From Lachnospiraceae bacterium (GTDB taxonomy: Bacteria; Bacillota; Clostridia; Lachnospirales; Lachnospiraceae), in contig JAFRSD010000024.1 of NCBI GenBank assembly GCA_017427775.1, forward strand, positions 25,808 through 89,807: a stretch of DNA of 64,000 bases, read 5' to 3'. A program made the position numbers and the translations under genes. Under the pieces are notes generated by a model. That model saw only the letters and a list, made by a program, of their open reading frames with translations. It had not been told where the DNA came from and did no database searches. Every line of letters starts with the position of its first letter. Position 1 is the first letter of the stretch. Shown here in pieces: positions 47,301 to 54,483 of the stretch.

Positions 47301-48313
47301 CGAAGGAGATTCCGATGGATGATCCGGAGGTTGTATCTTTATTTGCCTCAACGGAAGCACTTGGCATTACGCCCGACGACCTGGACGGCTGTGACCTCGG
47401 TTCCCTCGGTCTTCCCGAGCTCGGTACCGAATTTGTTATGCAGATGCTCCGTGATACAAAGCCGCAGAGTTTCTCGGATATGATCCGGATTTCCGGGCTT
47501 TCGCATGGTACCGACGTATGGCTGAACAACACGCAGACGCTGATCGAAGAGAAGAAGTGTACGCTTTCGAACGCCATCTGTACGCGTGACGATATCATGA
47601 CCTATCTGATCTCCATGGGCGTTGAGAACAGCCTTTCCTTCAAGATCATGGAAAGTGTCCGGAAAGGAAAGGGCCTTACCCCCGAGATGGAAGATGCCAT
47701 GCGGGAGAAGGACGTACCTGAATGGTATCTGTGGAGCTGTAAACGCATAAAGTACATGTTCCCGAAGGCGCATGCATGTGCCTATGTCATGATGGCTTTC
47801 CGTATCGCATACTGTAAGGTGCATTATCCTCTGGCGTATTATACGGCTTACTTTTCGATCCGTGCGAAGGGCTTCAGCTATGAGCTGATGTGCATGGGCA
47901 GGGAGAAACTCCTCAATTGCCTGCAGGGACTTCGGATCAGATCGAAATCCAATGATCCGGATAAGAAGCTTTCGGATAAGGAAGAAAACCAGTTCTATAC
48001 GATGCGGATCTGCCAGGAGATGTATGCGCGCGGCTATGAATTCATGCCGATCGACATCTACCGCGTAAAAGCGACCAGATTCCAGATCATCGACGGAAAG
48101 ATCATGCCTTCGCTGATTTCCATTGACGGACTCGGCGAGAGCGTTGCCAAACAGATTGAAGAAGGCGCAAAGGGCGAGCCGTTCCTTTCGAAAGAGGATT
48201 TGATGTTCCGCTGCCATATCGGGCAGAGTGTAGTAGAGCTTCTTTCGGAGATGGGAATTCTGGACGGTCTCTCCGCAACGAACCAGCTTAGCTTCATGGA
48301 TATGCTCGTATAG
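44372..48313 (+). CDS. polC: PolC-type DNA polymerase III alpha subunit, lacking the DEDDh exonuclease insertion
   Basis: 1313 aa. PHP motifs ELHAHT, ITDHG, GCEGY, YHIILLAKN, GSACEQGE, TCDVHF. PolC zinc finger CPKCHYYDF...CPVCG. Palm, fingers and a C-terminal HhH (IDGLGESVAKQI). No Exo I/II/III motifs were found. Confidence 0.9.
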   Translation: MKLLEVFENLRLDYKTESLFHECEVTGVSMQKNRKTILVNLESEELIGPAYMYVLKDALHEQFFYDSGCETEVTVSYPKYRDRNICDIWSDVKNYINELILVRDHLDGVCLREAEFEPEAESIRVTLPDYNVTRARKQAFIDEVGKAVSDLTGRPCNVVLGFKERQPSEEFEEDEPLLTVAEFLARNEAARAKAESKKRAGEKPKDLQPKKPVEKQEEKPADQGDKKYRKAVPQDPDIFFGKAFQIDRVMQICDIQDEIGDVIIAGQIIFYEKRQLKSGDRYLVILNVTDFTDTISVKLFVKDDRIAELEGELKTGKFILLKGVAVFDRFDHEVGISSVVGIRRYHDTRAKRMDFAEKKRVELHAHTKMSDMDAVTETEQFVKRAFEWGHPAVAITDHGVVQSFVDAFHAIDPKKLGDDPEIQERFKKFKIIYGCEGYIVDDEAVTKEDGSPLDLEEDKETIRKLPYYHIILLAKNDIGRVNLYRLVSLSHLEYFYPTKTGRPRIPKSLLRKYREGIIVGSACEQGELFRAIINEKPEEELRRIRDFYDYYEIQPIGNNEFLIRDEKFPKITNEKDLQEINARIVQLADEDGKLCVATCDVHFLNPEDEIYRRIIMAGKGFADADRQPPLYFRTTEEMLDEFTYLGRQKAYEVVVENTNRINDMIERIKPVRPDKCPPVIENSDRDLRDMCYNTAHSMYGDNLPVQVSERLEKELQSIIKNGFAVMYIIAQRLVKHSNEDGYMVGSRGSVGSSFVATMSGITEVNPLPAHYYCPKCHYYDFDSDEVKAFAQKSGFDMPDKNCPVCGTPLKKDGQNIPFETFLGFKGDKEPDIDLNFSGDNQSEAHAYTEVLFGKGHTFRAGTVASVAENTAFGFVKKYYEDRGIHKRSAEIGRLILGCAGVKRSTGQHPGGIVVLPHGEEIYSFTPVQKPANDNDTDTITTHFDYHKIDHNLLKLDILGHDDPTMVRFLEDLTGIPAKEIPMDDPEVVSLFASTEALGITPDDLDGCDLGSLGLPELGTEFVMQMLRDTKPQSFSDMIRISGLSHGTDVWLNNTQTLIEEKKCTLSNAICTRDDIMTYLISMGVENSLSFKIMESVRKGKGLTPEMEDAMREKDVPEWYLWSCKRIKYMFPKAHACAYVMMAFRIAYCKVHYPLAYYTAYFSIRAKGFSYELMCMGREKLLNCLQGLRIRSKSNDPDKKLSDKEENQFYTMRICQEMYARGYEFMPIDIYRVKATRFQIIDGKIMPSLISIDGLGESVAKQIEEGAKGEPFLSKEDLMFRCHIGQSVVELLSEMGILDGLSATNQLSFMDMLV

Positions 48314-48370
48314 CGCGGCAAGACTTTTCGCGGTCTCGCAAGTTTTTTTGAAAAATCATGAAAATAATGC

Positions 48371-48399
48371 TTGCATTTTCGAATGACATTTGGTATCAT
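48371..48399 (+). promoter_or_regulatory. sigma-A-type promoter for tRNA-Glu
   Basis: TTGCAT (48371-48376), 17-nt spacer, TGg-TATCAT (48394-48399). The tRNA begins 17 nt downstream. Confidence 0.7.
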
Positions 48400-48415
48400 T
48401 CCTTATGCAGCATTT

Positions 48416-48487
48416 GGCTTGTTGGTCAAGCGGTCAAGACGCCGCCCTCTCACGGCGGAAACGGGGGTTCGATTCCCCCACAAGCTG
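48416..48487 (+). tRNA. tRNA-Glu (anticodon CUC), CCA not encoded
   Basis: Manual cloverleaf: acceptor GGCTTGT/ACAAGCT, D-arm GTC-AAGCGGTCAA-GAC, anticodon arm CCGCC-CTCTCAC-GGCGG, T-arm GGGGG-TTCGATT-CCCCC, discriminator G. It is collinear with B. subtilis tRNA-Glu as I recall it. Confidence 0.9.
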
Positions 48488-48494
48488 CGCAGTG

Positions 48495-48524
48495 GAGCGG
48501 ATTCGGGTGAATCCGCTTCTTTTA
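48495..48524 (+). terminator. rho-independent terminator after tRNA-Glu
   Basis: GAGCGGATTC (48495-48504), loop GGGT, GAATCCGCTT (48509-48518), then CTTTTAT. Confidence 0.75.
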
Positions 48525-48555
48525 TATCAAAAGAAGTATTCTAAGGGAGTCTGCT

Positions 48556-49800
48556 ATGAAGAATACGATAAGAAAAGGTCTGGCATTTCTGCTGATTGCA
48601 GCGTTTCTTACCGCCTGCGGGAATAAGAGTACTCCTGCGCCTTCTCCGGAAGGAGGACAGGAGGGAACTCCTGCCGTAACGGAAGAGGTGACACCCGCTC
48701 AGGATACACCGAGTCCGACACCGACACCTGAAGGCAGCAAACATTCGCCCGAGATCGATGCCATGACATTGAAAGAACGCTACAAGGATTGCTTTAAGAT
48801 CGGCGTGGCACTTCCGAACAGTGTGATCCGTAACGATTCCCATATGGAAGTCGTGAAAGCGCAGTTCAACAGCATGACATTTGAAAATGAGATGAAACCC
48901 GATGCGCTTCTCAGCCGTGATGCGACGCAGAAGGGGTATCCGGAAACCAATACCGAGCCCGTACTGAACTTTAAAGGGATCAAGCAGGGTCTTGATTTCG
49001 CAAAGGAGAACGGTTTCGGCGTGCGCGGACATACCCTTTGCTGGTATTCCCAGACACCTGCGTGGTTCTTCACCGTCGATTACCAACCGGGAAGCCCGCT
49101 TTGTTCAAGAGAAGTCATGATTGCGCGTCTTGAAAGCTATATTAAGCAGGTTATGACCTACTGTCAGGAAAACTATCCGGGACTTATATATGCCTGGGAT
49201 GTAGTCAATGAGGCGGTGGATATCGGTACCGGTGACGAGAACCGGATCCGGAAAGAGAAGAATAACTGGTATGCGACGATCGGACCTGACTTCATCGAAC
49301 TCGCATTTGCCTTCGCGAGAAAATACAGCGACGGCACCGCAGACCTTTACTATAACGATTACGGATGTGCCGGCAAGAAGGCCGATATCGTCCGGATACT
49401 TGCTCCGGTCAAGGAAGCCGGAAATATCGACGGCATCGGCATGCAGTGCCACCTGAGTACCGGCGATAACATGCGGAATGCCGTATACCGGACCGCCAAG
49501 TTCTTCTCCGATGCCGGATACAAGGTGCAGTTGACCGAACTTGATCTGGGCGTCAGCACGAAGGGCGAAAGCGGAGAGAAGATTCAGGCCATGAAATATA
49601 AGGCAATCTTTCAGTTTATCGAGGAGGCTAAGAGGAACGGAGAGATCAATATCGATTCCGTTACGTTCTGGGGATTATACGATTCGATTTCCTGGCGCTC
49701 AAGCGAGAAGCCGCTGCTTTTCCGGATATTGGGCGGTATTCAGAAGAAGGAAGCCTGGTACGGAGTCATGCAGGATCCGAATTTGATGATCATGGAATAA
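48556..49800 (+). CDS. GH10 endo-1,4-beta-xylanase lipoprotein
   Basis: Lipobox MKNTIRKGLAFLLIAAFLTACG and a Pro/Thr/Glu linker. GH10 motifs: GHTLCWYSQTP, WDVVNEA (acid/base Glu), QLTELDL (nucleophile Glu). Confidence 0.88.
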   Translation: MKNTIRKGLAFLLIAAFLTACGNKSTPAPSPEGGQEGTPAVTEEVTPAQDTPSPTPTPEGSKHSPEIDAMTLKERYKDCFKIGVALPNSVIRNDSHMEVVKAQFNSMTFENEMKPDALLSRDATQKGYPETNTEPVLNFKGIKQGLDFAKENGFGVRGHTLCWYSQTPAWFFTVDYQPGSPLCSREVMIARLESYIKQVMTYCQENYPGLIYAWDVVNEAVDIGTGDENRIRKEKNNWYATIGPDFIELAFAFARKYSDGTADLYYNDYGCAGKKADIVRILAPVKEAGNIDGIGMQCHLSTGDNMRNAVYRTAKFFSDAGYKVQLTELDLGVSTKGESGEKIQAMKYKAIFQFIEEAKRNGEINIDSVTFWGLYDSISWRSSEKPLLFRILGGIQKKEAWYGVMQDPNLMIME

Positions 49801-49836
49801 ATTAAAGTTTATTATATTTGCGGAGGTTAACGCACA

Positions 49837-52512
49837 ATGAAAGCCTATGGCGTAAACGAATTACGGAAAATGTACCTCGATTTCTTTGAATCGAAGGACC
49901 ATTTGAAGATGAACAGCTTCTCGCTTGTTCCGAAGAATGATAAGAGCCTTCTTCTGATCAATGCCGGAATGGCGCCTTTGAAGCCTTACTTTACCGGACT
50001 GGAGGTTCCGCCGAGAAAGCGTGTGACGACCTGTCAGAAGTGTGTTCGTACCGGTGATATCGATAATGTCGGTAAGACCGCAAGACACCTTACTTTCTTC
50101 GAAATGCTCGGTAACTTCTCATTCGGCGATTACTTCAAGCACGAAGCGATTGCCTGGAGCTGGGAATTCCTGACACAGGTTGTCGGAATGGATCCCGAGC
50201 GTCTGTATCCTTCCATTTACGGTGAGGACGACGAGGCATTTGACATCTGGACGAAGGAAATCGGCGTTCCCGCCGAGAAGATCACGCGTTTCTACCGTGA
50301 TCCCGTTACCGGAGAGTGCGATAACTTCTGGGAGCACGGTGCAGGTCCCTGCGGTCCCTGTTCCGAGATTTACTATGACCGCGGACTGAAGTACGGCTGC
50401 GGCAAGCCGGACTGCAAAGTCGGATGCGACTGCGACCGTTTTATGGAAGTATGGAACAACGTATTTACCCAGTTTGACGGCGACGGCAAGGGCGGTTATA
50501 CCGAGCTTGCCAACAAGAATATCGATACCGGTATGGGTCTCGAGCGTCTTGCGGTAGTCGTACAGGACGTGGATTCCGTGTTCGATATCGATACGATGCG
50601 CGCGATCCGCGACCGTATCTGTGAGCTTTGCGGAAAGACCTACCAGACCAATGAAGACTATGACGTATCCATCCGTCTGATCACCGATCATATCAGAAGT
50701 TCAACGTTCCTGATTTCGGACGGCGTTATGCCTTCGAACGAAGGACGCGGCTATGTGCTCCGTAGAATCATCCGCCGTGCGGCTAGACACGGCCGCAAAC
50801 TCGGCATTGACGGACTGTTCATGGCAGAGCTTGCCAAGACCGTAATTGCCTGCTCGAAGGACGGTTATCCGGAACTTGAGGAGAAGAAGGCATTTATCCT
50901 TACGAACCTGACGAAGGAAGAGGAAGCATTTAACAAGACGATCGACAAGGGTCTTTCCATTCTTGCCGGTCTTGAAGAGGATATGAAGGCTGCCGGAAAG
51001 AACGTACTCGGCGGTGAGGACGCATTCCGTCTTTACGATACATACGGATTCCCGATTGACCTGACGGTTGAGATCCTTGAGGAAAAGGGCTATTCCGTTG
51101 ATATGGATGGCTTTAAGAAGGCCATGCAGGTACAGAAGGAAACTGCTAGAAAAGCACGTAAGACGACGACCTACATGGGTGCAGACGCATCCGTATTTGA
51201 CTTCTATACGACACCTACCGAGTTCACGGGTTATGATTCCCTGACCGGAGACGCGGAAATCAAGGTTGTTTCCTGTGATACCGAGAGCGAGAGCGGTATT
51301 GTTTCCGAGATCGTCGAGTTCCTCGGTGAGGAGCAGAACGGCACCATCATTGCAGATAAGACGCCTTTCTATGCGACCATGGGCGGCCAGCAGAGCGATA
51401 AGGGTATCATCGTTACCGCGGATGGCGAGTTCGAGGTTCAGAACGTAGAGAAGCTTGTCGGCAACAAATACGCGCACCACGGCTTTGTCCGTAACGGTAT
51501 CATCAAGACCGGTACGGTCGGAACGTTTAAGGTAGACCGCGCGCTTCGTAACGCAACCTGCAAGAACCACAGCGCGACGCACCTTCTTCAGAAGGCTCTC
51601 CGCGAAGTGCTCGGTGACCATGTTGAGCAGAAGGGCTCCTATCAGGATGCGGAGCGCACCCGTTTCGACTTCAGCCATTTCCAGGCAGTTACCCCTGAGA
51701 AACTTGCCAAGGTAGAAGAGATTGTTAACCGCGAGATCGAAGCAGGTCTTCCGGTTGTAACGGATATCATGGATATCGATTCCGCGAAGAAGAGCGGCGC
51801 AATGGCTTTGTTCGACGAGAAATACGGCGATTCCGTACGTGTCGTAAGCATGGGCGACTTCAGCAAGGAGCTTTGCGGCGGTACCCACGTTAAGAACACG
51901 AACGAGATCGGTTCCTTCAAGATTGTTTCCGAAGGTGGCATTTCCGCAGGCGTGCGCCGTATCGAGGCAATTACCGCGGCCAATGTAACCGCTTACTATA
52001 AGAAACTTGAGGACGAGCTCCGTGCGGCAGCGAAGGCTGCAAAGTGCGCTCCGGATGCGCTTTCCGCTAAGATTGCTTCCATGCAGGACGAGATCAAGTC
52101 CCTCGGCTCCGAGGTAGAGAAACTGAAGGCGAAGCTTGCGAACAGTTCTCTCGGTGAAATTCTGAACACTGTGAAGGATGTGAACGGCGTTAAGGTTCTC
52201 TGCGCAAAGGTTCCGGATGCCGATATGAACGGCCTTCGTAATCTTTCCGACCAGCTGAAGGAGAAGCTCGGCGAGTGCCTGATTCTTCTTGCTTCCGCTA
52301 ATGACGGAAAGGTAAGCCTTGTTTCGATGGCTACCGACGGCGCGATCGCCAAAGGTGCGCATGCAGGCAACCTGATCAAGGAATGCGCGGCGCTTGTCGG
52401 CGGTGGCGGCGGCGGACGACCGAACATGGCACAGGCAGGCGGTAAGAACCCTGCCGGCATCGATGCATGCGTTGCTAAGGGACTGGAAGTTGCAGGCGGA
52501 ATGCTTGCATAA
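49837..52512 (+). CDS. alaS: alanine--tRNA ligase
   Basis: 891 aa. FFESKDH, FFEMLGNFSFGDYFK, editing-domain HSATHLL, and a C-terminal DHHA1 GGGGGRPNMAQAGG. Confidence 0.96.
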   Translation: MKAYGVNELRKMYLDFFESKDHLKMNSFSLVPKNDKSLLLINAGMAPLKPYFTGLEVPPRKRVTTCQKCVRTGDIDNVGKTARHLTFFEMLGNFSFGDYFKHEAIAWSWEFLTQVVGMDPERLYPSIYGEDDEAFDIWTKEIGVPAEKITRFYRDPVTGECDNFWEHGAGPCGPCSEIYYDRGLKYGCGKPDCKVGCDCDRFMEVWNNVFTQFDGDGKGGYTELANKNIDTGMGLERLAVVVQDVDSVFDIDTMRAIRDRICELCGKTYQTNEDYDVSIRLITDHIRSSTFLISDGVMPSNEGRGYVLRRIIRRAARHGRKLGIDGLFMAELAKTVIACSKDGYPELEEKKAFILTNLTKEEEAFNKTIDKGLSILAGLEEDMKAAGKNVLGGEDAFRLYDTYGFPIDLTVEILEEKGYSVDMDGFKKAMQVQKETARKARKTTTYMGADASVFDFYTTPTEFTGYDSLTGDAEIKVVSCDTESESGIVSEIVEFLGEEQNGTIIADKTPFYATMGGQQSDKGIIVTADGEFEVQNVEKLVGNKYAHHGFVRNGIIKTGTVGTFKVDRALRNATCKNHSATHLLQKALREVLGDHVEQKGSYQDAERTRFDFSHFQAVTPEKLAKVEEIVNREIEAGLPVVTDIMDIDSAKKSGAMALFDEKYGDSVRVVSMGDFSKELCGGTHVKNTNEIGSFKIVSEGGISAGVRRIEAITAANVTAYYKKLEDELRAAAKAAKCAPDALSAKIASMQDEIKSLGSEVEKLKAKLANSSLGEILNTVKDVNGVKVLCAKVPDADMNGLRNLSDQLKEKLGECLILLASANDGKVSLVSMATDGAIAKGAHAGNLIKECAALVGGGGGGRPNMAQAGGKNPAGIDACVAKGLEVAGGMLA

Positions 52513-52531
52513 CGTCCCTGCAAAAAAGCGA

Positions 52532-52559
52532 TTGACAAATCGCACAAGTATGATAAAAT
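52532..52559 (+). promoter_or_regulatory. sigma-A-type promoter for rpsU
   Basis: TTGACA (52532-52537), 16-nt spacer, TGa-TAAAAT (52554-52559). Confidence 0.65.
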
Positions 52560-52627
52560 ATTAACTGTGCTGTTAAAGCACGGATTGTTTCCGGTACATT
52601 CCGGATAAAGAAGGGCAGGTGAGAAAA

Positions 52628-52804
52628 TTGTCAAGTGTAATCGTAAAAGAGAATGAATCTTTGGACAGCGCCCTTCGTCGGTTTAAGAGAAATTGCGCTA
52701 AGGCAGGCATTCAGCAGGAGATTCGTAAGAGAGAGCACTACGAGAAGCCGAGCGTAAAGCGTAAGAAGAAGTCTGAGGCTGCTCGCAAGAGAAAGTTCAA
52801 ATAA
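52628..52804 (+). CDS. rpsU: 30S ribosomal protein S21
   Basis: [23 protein letters not shown]...[13 protein letters not shown]. It has a non-ATG start: TTG 52628 lies 6 nt after AGGTGAG, and GTG 52619 is the alternative. Confidence 0.9.
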   Translation: MSSVIVKENESLDSALRRFKRNCAKAGIQQEIRKREHYEKPSVKRKKKSEAARKRKFK

Positions 52805-52817
52805 GATTCGAATTTGT

Positions 52818-52852
52818 AAGAAGATCCGAAGTGATTCGGGTCTTCTTTTTTT
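52818..52852 (+). terminator. rho-independent terminator after rpsU
   Basis: AAGAAGATCCGAA (52818-52830), loop GTGA, TTCGGGTCTTCTT (52835-52847) with one wobble, then TTTTT. Confidence 0.8.
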
Positions 52853-52961
52853 GCCCACGTCTGCCTGCTTTTTTTACTTTATTATTTCACGGATATATGG
52901 TATTATAACTATGTATGTGTAAAATGGACCAAGAATATGGTATTTAGGAGGCCGGCGGTAC

Positions 52962-53987
52962 ATGATAGAAGTTTTAAACGGAGTTTCCGTAGCTTGTCAG
53001 AAAAGCATTTTCGGGGAATTCGACGCTTATGCGAAGATTCTTGAGCGTTCCCTTCATGTAACGCTTCTGACAAGAGACGATGAGATCCGGATCGTCGGCG
53101 AAAACGGTCCGGTTACAAGGGCCAAATCAGTCCTTAAGACGCTTTGCGACCTGCATCAACGCGGTACGGATATCACGGAGCAGCAGGTTAACTATACGAT
53201 TTCTCTTTCGATGGAAGGCAAGGAGCAGTCGGTGATCGAAGTCGATTCCGACCTGATCTGCCATACCGTAAACGGAAAGCCGATCAAACCGAAGACGGTC
53301 GGCCAGAAGAAGTACGTGGACGCTATCCGTAACAAGATGATCGTGTTCGGCTGCGGCCCCGCAGGAACCGGTAAGACATATCTTGCCATGGCGATGGCGG
53401 TTACCGCATTCAAAAACGATGAAGTCAACCGTATCATCCTGACGCGTCCCGCGATTGAAGCGGGCGAAAAGCTCGGTTTCCTTCCGGGCGATCTGCAGAG
53501 TAAGGTCGATCCCTATCTGAGACCGTTATACGATGCGCTTTATCAGATCATGGGAGCGGAAGCATTCCAGAAGAATTCCGAGAAAGGTCTGATCGAGGTT
53601 GCGCCGCTTGCCTACATGCGCGGACGCACGCTTGATAACGCGTTCATCATTCTCGATGAGGCGCAAAATACGACGCCTGCCCAGATGAAGATGTTCCTTA
53701 CCCGTATCGGTTTCGGGTCAAAGGTCGTGATCACCGGCGATATGACGCAGAAGGATCTGCCGACGGGAACGGTTTCCGGACTGGATACTGCAAGAAGAGT
53801 GCTTAAAAACATAGACGATATCGCTTTTTGCGAGCTGACGAGCGCCGACGTTGTCAGACATCCGCTTGTACAGAAGATCGTCGAAGCATACGAATCCTAC
53901 GAAAAGAAGAATAAGGAACGGGATGCACGCCGGACCTCCGCAGGTCCCCGCATCCGTTACCGGGAGGCGGACGATGGTAAGCATTGA
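52962..53987 (+). CDS. phoH: PhoH-family ATPase
   Basis: KH-like N-terminus, Walker A GCGPAGTGKTYLAMA, and Walker B FIILDEAQN. Confidence 0.9.
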   Translation: MIEVLNGVSVACQKSIFGEFDAYAKILERSLHVTLLTRDDEIRIVGENGPVTRAKSVLKTLCDLHQRGTDITEQQVNYTISLSMEGKEQSVIEVDSDLICHTVNGKPIKPKTVGQKKYVDAIRNKMIVFGCGPAGTGKTYLAMAMAVTAFKNDEVNRIILTRPAIEAGEKLGFLPGDLQSKVDPYLRPLYDALYQIMGAEAFQKNSEKGLIEVAPLAYMRGRTLDNAFIILDEAQNTTPAQMKMFLTRIGFGSKVVITGDMTQKDLPTGTVSGLDTARRVLKNIDDIAFCELTSADVVRHPLVQKIVEAYESYEKKNKERDARRTSAGPRIRYREADDGKH

Positions 53988-54477
53988 ACGCGAATGCGAG
54001 AGAACCTATTCCTTTGACGCGGATGCGACGATCAAGTCTGTGATCGAAGAGGCGCTTAACTATGTCGGCTGTCCTTACGAATGCGCGGTAAATGTGCTCC
54101 TGACGGACGATGCGAACATCCGTGAGATGAACCGCGAGCACCGCGGGATCGACAAGGCGACCGACGTTCTGTCGTTTCCGATGCTTGATTATGAGACGCC
54201 TGCGGACTTCTCATTTGTCGAAGAGGAGCCTGACATTTATGCGGATCCCGAGACAGGCGACCTGGTACTCGGCGATATTGTTATTTCTTTAGACCGCACG
54301 GAAGCACAGGCAAAGGAATACAATCATTCCGTACGCAGGGAACTGGCATTTCTTGTGGCGCACAGCATGCTTCATCTGTGCGGATATGATCATATCGACG
54401 ATGCCGAAAGACTCGTCATGGAACAGAAGCAGGAGGAAATCCTTGGCCGTTTGGGAATTACCAGGGACAGCGAGTAA
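53974..54477 (+). CDS. ybeY: rRNA maturation RNase YbeY
   Basis: HSMLHLCGYDH zinc motif. ATG 53974 follows GGGAGG and overlaps the phoH end by 14 nt. The longer track ORF (53851) lies out of frame inside phoH. Confidence 0.9.
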   Translation: MVSIERECERTYSFDADATIKSVIEEALNYVGCPYECAVNVLLTDDANIREMNREHRGIDKATDVLSFPMLDYETPADFSFVEEEPDIYADPETGDLVLGDIVISLDRTEAQAKEYNHSVRRELAFLVAHSMLHLCGYDHIDDAERLVMEQKQEEILGRLGITRDSE

Positions 54478-54483
54478 TATTTG

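Noticed and set aside
48416-49836. Possibility that the xylanase is a genomic islet integrated at tRNA-Glu
   Set aside because: I saw no direct repeat of the tRNA 3' end downstream of the xylanase. There is no integrase, and no obvious compositional break by eye.
49801-49836. T-box leader upstream of alaS
   Set aside because: The spacer is only 36 nt, far too short for a T-box. No specifier or antiterminator motifs are present.
50701-52545. 614-aa minus-strand ORF inside alaS (similar long antisense ORFs lie at 33730-34890 in topA, 58539-59876 over proB, and 57090-58058)
   Set aside because: The reasoning is the same: each is a shadow of a highly conserved plus-strand gene, with no RBS and no motifs.
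53851-53973. Longer ybeY ORF start at 53851
   Set aside because: It lies inside phoH in another frame. ATG 53974 follows GGGAGG and gives a normal-length (~168 aa) YbeY.
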